This document shows positions 39,076 to 46,223 of a DNA stretch of 56,726 nucleotides, one piece after another. Position 1 is the first letter of the stretch, and the number at the start of each line of letters is the position of its first letter. The notes under the pieces are model-generated. The model saw only the letters and a list, made by a program, of their open reading frames with translations, made no database searches and was not told the DNA's origin. This stretch comes from Tabrizicola sp. (GTDB lineage Bacteria; Pseudomonadota; Alphaproteobacteria; Rhodobacterales; Rhodobacteraceae): assembly GCF_031377265.1 (NCBI RefSeq), contig NZ_JANMET010000111.1, forward strand, positions 1-56,726, written 5' to 3'. The translations under genes were made by a program, and so were the position numbers.

Positions 39076-39094
39076 CCGCCCCGGAGCGGGGCGG
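39076..39094 (-). terminator. GC hairpin between PPC paralogs 3 and 2
   Basis: 8-bp stem CCGCCCCG / CGGGGCGG with a 3-nt loop and no U-run. It could be an attenuator, a processing site or a weak terminator. Confidence 0.35.
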
Positions 39095-39164
39095 GATGCA
39101 GTGACTTTGGCAGGGTGGAAGTGCTTTGAGAAGACGGTTTGGCGTGACAAATATCGTCATATTC

Positions 39165-39860
39165 CTAATTGGTCAGCAGTTTGTAGCTGTTTACAGCCGT
39201 TCCGGTGTTGGCGACTGATATCGTGAAAAACCCATTCCGGGCGGGAACAAAGTCGCAAAACACCTGATCCGAGGCAGAAAGATCGGCGCAGATCAGTTTG
39301 CCTTCGGCATCGGTGACAACCAGATCAAGGTTGCTGTCACCGTCGCCCAGCAGGGCGATTTCAGCATAGCTTTCGCCAAAGAACGCAATTTGCCAGACAT
39401 CGGTTTGCCCGGCAGAAAGGTCTGACGTGGCGGCCGCTGCGGCCTCGATCCGGCCGCGCGGCAGTTGCGCGTCAAGGTCATAGACCAGATCCTGCAAGGC
39501 CGGGTCCTCCCCAGCCAGTGCCCGGGCTAGGACGATGGCCTGATCGCCCGCGGGGTTGGCCGCCGCACTGGCACCGGTCGGCTGATCAGGGATCGCGGTG
39601 CCAGTGGTTTCCTTCTTCCACCCCGCCGCCGGGCGTTCGGTGACGCTGCGCGCAAGGCGGATTGCGGTCAGCAGGGTGGTGGTGTCGCTGTCGCGCAGGG
39701 CGGTCGCATAAAGCTTGTAAGCCATTGCGAGTGTGGTTGCAGGGCCCGGCGCACCGTGCGGATTTGCGCTGAGGTTCGGCGCTTCGGCCAGCGTGGGGCT
39801 GGCGATAAGTGCTGCGATCAAAGAAAGGCGGGTCATCTGAATCCGGGGTATGGTTTCCAC
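39165..39860 (-). CDS. secreted PPC-like domain protein, paralog 3
   Basis: Signal (METIPRIQ)MTRLSLIAALIASPTLA|EA. The C-terminal half reads SYAEIALLGDGDSNLDLVVTDAEGKLICADLSASDQVFCDFVPARNGFFTISVANTGTAVNSYKLLTN. The start is 39860 or 39836. Confidence 0.7.
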   Translation of the reverse strand: METIPRIQMTRLSLIAALIASPTLAEAPNLSANPHGAPGPATTLAMAYKLYATALRDSDTTTLLTAIRLARSVTERPAAGWKKETTGTAIPDQPTGASAAANPAGDQAIVLARALAGEDPALQDLVYDLDAQLPRGRIEAAAAATSDLSAGQTDVWQIAFFGESYAEIALLGDGDSNLDLVVTDAEGKLICADLSASDQVFCDFVPARNGFFTISVANTGTAVNSYKLLTN

Positions 39861-39953
39861 CTTTCTGGCACCGAGGGCCGGGGATGGAAAGTCCGGATCG
39901 CATGACGTGGCTATCCGCTTCTGCGGTTTCGCGCTAGCACGGTGAGATGAGCG

Positions 39954-41111
39954 GTGAGGGCTGAGATGCGGGCAATCCTTGAGCGGCTGGTGGCATTTGA
40001 CACGGTAAGTTCAAAGCCGAACATGGCGCTGATGCGGTATGTGAAGGAGGTGCTGGAAAGCGCGGGCATCGCACCCCTGCTGATCCCCGATGCCGATGGC
40101 ACCAAAGCCAACCTCTTTGCCAGCATTGGCCCCGTTGGCGCGGGCGTGATGCTGTCTGGCCATACCGATGTGGTACCCGTTGAAGGGCAAGCGTGGACCT
40201 ACCCGCCCTTCGCGCTGACCAAGGCCGAGGGGCGGCTCTATGGGCGCGGCACGGCGGACATGAAGGGCTTTGTCGCTTGCGCAGTTGCGGCAATGCTGGC
40301 GGCATCGAAGCGGCCGTTGAAGGTGCCACTGCATCTGGCACTGTCGTATGACGAGGAGATCGGCTGCATGGGGGTGCGCAGTTTGATCGACATGCTGGAG
40401 GCCGCACCGCAGCGCCCGCGCATGTGCATCGTGGGCGAACCGACGGGAATGCAGGTGGCGACCGGGCACAAAGGCAAAGTGGCGTTGCGCGCGACCTGCG
40501 TCGGGCGCGAGGGACATTCGGCGTTGGCGCCGATGGCGCTGAACGCGCTGCATCTGGCGGCGGATTTCGTCGGCGCGGTGCGCGGCTTGCAGGCCGATGT
40601 CGTGGCAACCGGGTTGCGTGATGGTGATTATGACGTGCCCTATACCACGCTGCATGTGGGCAAGCTGAATGGCGGCGTGCAGGTGAACATCGTGCCCAAT
40701 CTTGCGGTGCTGGATTTTGAAATCCGGTCCCTGGCCGGCGACGACCCTGAAACACTGATTGCAAGACTTCGGTGGGCGGCAGAGGAGATCGTTGCCCCGC
40801 TGCGCGCAGCGTTTCCTGAGGCTGAAATCAGGGTCGAACGCTTGTGGGACTATCCGGGACTGGGCACGTCGTCAGACGCGGGGGTGGTGACTTTCGTCAA
40901 GGGGCTGACTGGGGCGAACGGCACGATCAAGGTGGCGTTCGGGACGGAGGGCGGGCTGTTTGACACGCGGCTGGGCATCCCCACGGTGATCTGCGGGCCG
41001 GGATCGATGGCGCAGGGGCACAAGCCGGACGAGTATGTGAGTGTGGAACAGCTGGGCCGGTGCGAGGCGATGCTTGCGGCGCTGATCGACCGGCTGGAGG
41101 CCGGGTTCTAG
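39954..41111 (+). CDS. argE: acetylornithine deacetylase (M20 peptidase family, ArgE-like)
   Basis: LSGHTDVVPVEGQAWTYPPF, GRGTADMKGF and an EE-containing metal-ligand block (SYDEEIGC). The start is GTG 39954 or ATG 39966. Confidence 0.75.
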   Translation: MRAEMRAILERLVAFDTVSSKPNMALMRYVKEVLESAGIAPLLIPDADGTKANLFASIGPVGAGVMLSGHTDVVPVEGQAWTYPPFALTKAEGRLYGRGTADMKGFVACAVAAMLAASKRPLKVPLHLALSYDEEIGCMGVRSLIDMLEAAPQRPRMCIVGEPTGMQVATGHKGKVALRATCVGREGHSALAPMALNALHLAADFVGAVRGLQADVVATGLRDGDYDVPYTTLHVGKLNGGVQVNIVPNLAVLDFEIRSLAGDDPETLIARLRWAAEEIVAPLRAAFPEAEIRVERLWDYPGLGTSSDAGVVTFVKGLTGANGTIKVAFGTEGGLFDTRLGIPTVICGPGSMAQGHKPDEYVSVEQLGRCEAMLAALIDRLEAGF

Positions 41112-41881
41112 CGCCCGCCGCTATAGGCGAAACGGTAGGCCAGCGCCACGCCGCCCGCACCGCCCACGATGTTGCCCAAGCTGACCCATGCCAGCGCGGT
41201 GGCGGCAGACGCAATGCTCACCTCTGCCCCGGCGAACATTCCAAGCGGCAACAGAAACATGTTGGCGATCAAATGCTCCAGCCCAAGCAGCACAAAGGTG
41301 GTGACGGGCCATAAGATCGCAAGGATCTTGCCGGTGGTGTCGCGCGCCGAAAACGACAGCCAGACTGCGAGACACACCAGCGCATTGCACAATGCGCCGC
41401 GAGTGAATGCCTCTAACGGGCCCAAGGCGGCCTTTGCGGTTGCCACCTTGGCGGCGGTAGCCCCAAAGGGCGCATCCAGCAGTCCGCTGAAATGGAATGC
41501 CAAAGCCAGTCCGACGGCCCCGAGGAAATTGCCAAGATAGACCACGATCCAGCTTCGTATCAGGTCTTTCAGCGTGATCTTGCGGTCTACCGCCGCCATC
41601 ACCATCAGCGCATTGCCGGTGAAAAGCTCTGCCCCGCCAACGATGCACAGGATCAGGCCAACCGAAAACACCGCGCCACCCAGCACGCGAACCGGCCCAA
41701 AACCAGGATCGGCGCCGGTGATCGCCATCAGATACGCTGCTGCGCCGAACCCGATGAACGCCCCGGCCAGCAGGGACAGCATGATCATCTGCGGCAGCGG
41801 CAGATGTGCCTTGGCGACGCCGGCGCTTTCGATCAGGGCCGCAATCTGGGCGGGCTTGTAGGCGTCATGATCACTGTCCAT
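41108..41881 (-). CDS. formate/nitrite transporter (FNT) family channel
   Basis: 6-TM protein with GAELFTGNALMV and LGNIVGG signature regions. Its stop overlaps the argE stop in a shared CTAG. Confidence 0.85.
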   Translation of the reverse strand: MDSDHDAYKPAQIAALIESAGVAKAHLPLPQMIMLSLLAGAFIGFGAAAYLMAITGADPGFGPVRVLGGAVFSVGLILCIVGGAELFTGNALMVMAAVDRKITLKDLIRSWIVVYLGNFLGAVGLALAFHFSGLLDAPFGATAAKVATAKAALGPLEAFTRGALCNALVCLAVWLSFSARDTTGKILAILWPVTTFVLLGLEHLIANMFLLPLGMFAGAEVSIASAATALAWVSLGNIVGGAGGVALAYRFAYSGGR

Positions 41882-41924
41882 GACCGCACTCTGAACCCGT
41901 CAGGCAGATTTGCCAATCGGTCTG

Positions 41925-42542
41925 TCAGCGGCCCAGAACGGCAAGCCGCACAGCGGCGGCAACATCGATCCGGTAGTGACCGGTGATCGGAAAGGCGAAA
42001 AGGATGTCTTCCTCACGCGCGCCAGCGCCGATGTTGTGCAGGATCAATGGGTGGCTGCGGTCGGTGCTCATCTGGTCAGACACGATGCCGATATGCGCCA
42101 GATTTCCCGGCAGGCTCCAGGTCACAATGTCGCCGGGCAGGTAGGGGGTCGGATCGTCTGTCACCGGCAGCGCGGCACCGACGCGCGTGAACAGCGTCTG
42201 CAGGTTGGGCACCCGGCGGTGGTCGATGTTGCGGTCCGGCGAGGCCAAGCCCCACAGGTCTGGATAGGCGCTGAACGCCGAGGTCATGTCGCGGTTGACC
42301 GCCAGTTGCAGGTCGATCCCCCAGCCGTCGCGCAGGGCACGGATCACAACATCGGTGCAAACGCCGCGATCACGCGCGATATCACCGCCCGGAAAGGCCA
42401 GGCGCACATAGCCGGGGTCGTAGATCGTGGTCACGCCGACCTGTGTCCGCGCTGCTGTGGTCAGCTGCGAAGGTTCGGCCGCAACGACCGGCAGAGCGAG
42501 GACTGGCAGGGCGAAGAAAAGCAGGGCGATGAGGGTGCGCAT
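41925..42542 (-). CDS. DUF1287-family secreted protein
   Basis: The internal start gives MRTLIALLFFALPVLALPVVAA|EP. Blocks GVCTDVVIRALR, NIDHRRVPNL, PGDIVTW and AHIGIVSD match my recollection of DUF1287. Listed ORF 41925..43172 is over-extended. Confidence 0.6.
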   Translation of the reverse strand: MRTLIALLFFALPVLALPVVAAEPSQLTTAARTQVGVTTIYDPGYVRLAFPGGDIARDRGVCTDVVIRALRDGWGIDLQLAVNRDMTSAFSAYPDLWGLASPDRNIDHRRVPNLQTLFTRVGAALPVTDDPTPYLPGDIVTWSLPGNLAHIGIVSDQMSTDRSHPLILHNIGAGAREEDILFAFPITGHYRIDVAAAVRLAVLGR

Positions 42543-42641
42543 GCCGCGATGATGCCTTGTGGAAGGGCGGCTGGCTAGAAGGGTAGGGCAGACCTGTCGC
42601 CGAAGGTGGCGTCTTTCCGCCGGAGGGGGTAGAACGCCACC

Positions 42642-43691
42642 ATGGCAATCACCCTGACGTCCCTGACTGACCTTGCAACGCTGCGCTTTGACGACATCAT
42701 CGATGTGCGCGCGCCTGCGGAATTTGCCGAAGACCATCTGCCCGGTGCGATCTCCTTGCCTGTCCTGAGCGACGAGGAGCGCGCGCGGGTGGGCACCGTG
42801 TACAAGCAGGTAAGCCCGTTCACCGCGCGCAAGATGGGGGCGGCGCTGGTGGCGCGGAATGCGGCGCTGCATCTGGAAGGCGCGCTGGCCGACAAGACGG
42901 GCGGCTGGCGGCCGATGGTCTATTGCTGGCGCGGGGGGCAAAGATCCGGGTCGTTTGCCACGATCCTGAGCCAGATCGGCTGGCGGGTGGAAACGCTGGC
43001 GGGTGGGTACAAATCGTGGCGGGGGCTGGTGGTCAAAGCTGTGTATGACACGCCAATGACCGCCCCGGTGGTGGTTCTGGATGGCAATACCGGATCGGCC
43101 AAGACCGAGGTTTTGAACATGCTGCCGGCGCGCGGGGTTCAGGTGATCGACCTTGAGGGTCTGGCGCGGCATCGCGGATCATTGTTCGGCTCGCTCGGGG
43201 CGCAGCCGTCGCAAAAGGCGTTCGAGGCAGCGCTTGCGATGGCGATTGCGGCGCTTGACCCGACGCGCCCGGTGGTGATCGAGGCGGAAAGTTCCAAAGT
43301 GGGCGAGCGTCGCTTGCCGCCGGAAATCTGGAAGGCGATGGTGGCCGCGCCGCGCGTGGCCATTGCCGCACCTGTGGCGGCGCGGGCGGCTTACCTCACG
43401 CGGGCCTATGCGGACATGACGGCGGATCCGGCACGTCTGGCGGCAACGGTGGAGTTGTTGCGCCCGTTGCACCCGGCCGAAGTGATCGAAAGCTGGCAGG
43501 CGATGGCCGCGGCGGGGGATTTCGTGCCACTGACCGTAGGGTTGATGGCGCGGCATTATGACCCGCGCTACACCAAGCATCGCGACCGGGTGGCAGTGCC
43601 TTTTACCGAAGTGGTGGTGGATGATCTGTCTGAAACGGCGCTGCCGGGGCTGGCCGACCGGGTGGCGGCTGCGGTTCTGGCATTGCGTTGA
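42642..43691 (+). CDS. selU: tRNA 2-selenouridine synthase (rhodanese + P-loop)
   Basis: Rhodanese region DVRAPAEFAEDHLPGAISLPVL...YCWRGGQRSG (active-site Cys) and P-loop LDGNTGSAKTEVL. Confidence 0.85.
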   Translation: MAITLTSLTDLATLRFDDIIDVRAPAEFAEDHLPGAISLPVLSDEERARVGTVYKQVSPFTARKMGAALVARNAALHLEGALADKTGGWRPMVYCWRGGQRSGSFATILSQIGWRVETLAGGYKSWRGLVVKAVYDTPMTAPVVVLDGNTGSAKTEVLNMLPARGVQVIDLEGLARHRGSLFGSLGAQPSQKAFEAALAMAIAALDPTRPVVIEAESSKVGERRLPPEIWKAMVAAPRVAIAAPVAARAAYLTRAYADMTADPARLAATVELLRPLHPAEVIESWQAMAAAGDFVPLTVGLMARHYDPRYTKHRDRVAVPFTEVVVDDLSETALPGLADRVAAAVLALR

Positions 43692-43750
43692 AGGCTTTGG
43701 CGGGGTCGCTCGGAAGCAAGTGGAGCGGCGTTCCGCCGCACGCCTTTTCA

Positions 43751-43819
43751 TGTCGCCTGCGCGGCCATGGCCGCTTGGCTCCGCGTGCCTCCGGCGGGGA
43801 TATTTGGCGAAGCGGAAGG
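43751..43819. repeat. intergenic repeat element, copy B (the longest copy)
   Basis: TGTCGCCTGCGCGGCCATGGCCGCTTGGCTCCGCGTGCCTCCGGCGGGGATATTTGGCGAAGCGGAAGG. It contains the 14-bp palindrome GCGGCCATGGCCGC. The left part matches copy A, the right part matches copy C, and GGCGAAGCGG is shared with copy D. Confidence 0.55.
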
Positions 43820-43821
43820 TA

Positions 43822-46014
43822 TCAGGCCGTGACAGTCAGATATGGACGGCCTTCGGTAATGTGGCCGATCAGGGCGGCGGTTTCGCCAGCGCTGGCAAGG
43901 GCATCCAGCACGGATTCGGCCTGATCTGCAGGGATCGCGGCCAGCAAGCCGCCCGCGGTCTGCGGATCATGTAAGAGTGCGGCGCGGGGGGTGTCGGGGG
44001 TGGTCATCCGCCCGATCGTGCCCGCGCGGTTTTCCGCTGCAAGGCTGGAGCTGTGGCCCGCATTGGCCAGCGCTTCGGCCCCCGGTATCAGAGGCAGATT
44101 GGCCAGGCTGATCGTGGCAGCGGCGCCCGAGGCCTCAAGCAGTTCGAGCAGGTGCCCGGCAAGGCCGAAGCCAGTGATGTCGGTCATGGCATGGGCGTGC
44201 GGCGCAAGGATCGCGGCGGCTGCGCCAAGCGGGCGTTGCATGATGCCGAGGCATGTGGCGACCGCCTCGCCCAGAAGCAGGCCCGGCACCAACGCCATGG
44301 CCATTTCGGCGGCAAGAATGGTGCCCGAACCGATTGGCTTTGTCAGGATCAGCACATCGCCGGGCTGGGCGCCGGCTTTGGTAACCGCGCGGTTGGCAAT
44401 GCCGGTCACAGTGAAACCGATGGTCAGTTCAGCGCCTTGCGAGGTGTGGCCGCCGACGATGTCTGCGCCAGCTGCGCGAAAGACTTCGGTCGCTGCTTGC
44501 ATGATCTCGGCAAGCATCCGGGCCTGCAGTGCGGGACCAAGACGGGGCAGGGTGATCTGGGCCAACGCCACCTGCGGCGCGGCGCCCATGGCCCAGACGT
44601 CGCCCATCGCGTGAATGGCGGTGATCCGCGCCATCACCCGGGGATCGTTGGTGAAGGCGCGCAAATGGTCCGTGGTCATCACCTGAACACCGCCCGCTGT
44701 AGCGAGGATGGCAGCATCGTCGCCCGGGCCGGAAAGCACATCGCGGCGCTGTGGCGCGGGCAGTGCTGCCAGCGCATCGTGCAACACTGACGGGCCAAGC
44801 TTGGCGCCGCAGCCACCGCAAAGCGGCTTTTGCCCAATGGTTTCGGCCAGACCTGACGTTGCCTCACGGGGCACTGCGGGCAAGGGCATGGCCGGATAGG
44901 CCGCGAACCTGGCCATGAAGGCAGTGTCGATCCGGTGTTTCAGCCGCCACAACCAATGACCGGACAGGCGCAGCCCGAACTTGTCGGCGACGGCAGATTG
45001 CCCGCCGGTCGAGACAAGTTTCAGGTAGTCGCGCTGCGGGCGGAACCGGCGAAGCGTGCCGCCGGTCAGGGAAGCGCGCAGATTGCGGTGTAGCACCGGG
45101 GCTGCACGGACGGCAAAGACGCCCGCCTTGGGACGCGGGTTCTCGGTCAGGTGCGCGCAATCGCCGACCGCAAACACCGCGGGGTCGGAGGTTTGCAAGG
45201 TGGCGCTGACGGCAAGGAAACCGTTGGCCAGGGCAAGGCCGGTGTCGGCAAACCATGGGTTTGGTCGGCCATTGGTGACGGTAAGGGTGAAGTCTGATCC
45301 CAGCGTCTCGCCGGTGGTGAGGGTGACGCTGGTTTCGGTGACCGCGCGGGCAAGCGCGCCTGTCAGAAACCGGATACCAAGTGCCGCGGCCTCGCGCAGG
45401 ATTGCGGACCTGGCGGCACGACCGACGCCCGGCAACAGCTGCGGGCCTTGATCGACGACGGTGATTTGGGCGCGGGTGCCAAGCTGCTGGAGCCGGAAGG
45501 CCGAAGCCATCGCCAGTTCAACGCCGCCTATGCCGCCTCCGATAATGGTGATCCGGGGAAAGGCCAAGCGGCGGGCAAGGAACTTGTCCCACCGTGCGGC
45601 GTATGCGCCCAGCGGCTTGGCTGGCGTGGCATAGGCTGCAGCACCCGCGAGGTCTGGCAGGTCTGAGGTGATGCCTGTGTCGATCGAGGCGATATCAAAT
45701 GGCAACGGCGGCTGACCGGACAGATGCACCAGTCTTGCGTCCAGATCCAGCCCGGTGGCCGCATCCAGAATAAGCCGCGCCCCGGCAAAGCGCGCCAGCC
45801 GCACCAGGTCGATCATCAAGTCGTGGCGGCTGTAATGCCCGGCGATATGGCCGGGCAACATGCCGGTATAGGGTGCCGCGGGGCCGGGGTTGATCAAAGT
45901 CAGCCGGGTGCCGGGCAGCGGGTCCATCGCCCACATCCGCAGCACCAGTGCGTGCGCGTGGCCGCCACCGACCAACACAAGATCGCGCACGGCTGGGTGG
46001 GAGGCAGGTATCAT
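43822..46014 (-). CDS. selD: fusion protein: FAD-dependent pyridine-nucleotide-disulfide oxidoreductase (N-terminal) + selenide, water dikinase SelD (C-terminal)
   Basis: N-terminus DLVLVGGGHAHA (Rossmann FAD) plus a second GGGIGGVELA dinucleotide fold. The C-terminal half has the CGGCGAKLGP N-terminal SelD motif and AIR-synthase-like PurM-fold blocks (GDDAAIL, GGHTSQG). The start is likely at MIPASHP (46014) rather than 46047. Confidence 0.85.
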   Translation of the reverse strand: MIPASHPAVRDLVLVGGGHAHALVLRMWAMDPLPGTRLTLINPGPAAPYTGMLPGHIAGHYSRHDLMIDLVRLARFAGARLILDAATGLDLDARLVHLSGQPPLPFDIASIDTGITSDLPDLAGAAAYATPAKPLGAYAARWDKFLARRLAFPRITIIGGGIGGVELAMASAFRLQQLGTRAQITVVDQGPQLLPGVGRAARSAILREAAALGIRFLTGALARAVTETSVTLTTGETLGSDFTLTVTNGRPNPWFADTGLALANGFLAVSATLQTSDPAVFAVGDCAHLTENPRPKAGVFAVRAAPVLHRNLRASLTGGTLRRFRPQRDYLKLVSTGGQSAVADKFGLRLSGHWLWRLKHRIDTAFMARFAAYPAMPLPAVPREATSGLAETIGQKPLCGGCGAKLGPSVLHDALAALPAPQRRDVLSGPGDDAAILATAGGVQVMTTDHLRAFTNDPRVMARITAIHAMGDVWAMGAAPQVALAQITLPRLGPALQARMLAEIMQAATEVFRAAGADIVGGHTSQGAELTIGFTVTGIANRAVTKAGAQPGDVLILTKPIGSGTILAAEMAMALVPGLLLGEAVATCLGIMQRPLGAAAAILAPHAHAMTDITGFGLAGHLLELLEASGAAATISLANLPLIPGAEALANAGHSSSLAAENRAGTIGRMTTPDTPRAALLHDPQTAGGLLAAIPADQAESVLDALASAGETAALIGHITEGRPYLTVTA

Positions 46015-46223
46015 GCGGAAAACCATCAAAAGGTGCAACAGGGGCAAGCCCGCGCGACCCTATCCGCAGCAGTGCGGAAAGGCGAGGGCGGCAGGTGCAG
46101 ACGACGGCAGGTCCGGCTGCGCGACCATGGCTGCATGACTGTGGCCGGGCATTGCTGAGGTGTTGAGTGTGAGCGGCTTACGTGGGATCACTTGCGGACC
46201 AGCGCCTCAGAACCGGATGACAA

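Noticed and set aside
41108-41111. argE and FNT stop codons overlapping in a CTAG
   Set aside because: It is real but trivial: a tail-to-tail overlap of convergent genes, with no evidence of regulatory significance.
41925-43172. Full 415-aa extent of the listed ORF
   Set aside because: Only the C-terminal 205 codons (from 42542) form the secreted DUF1287-like protein. The upstream extension overlaps selU on the opposite strand.
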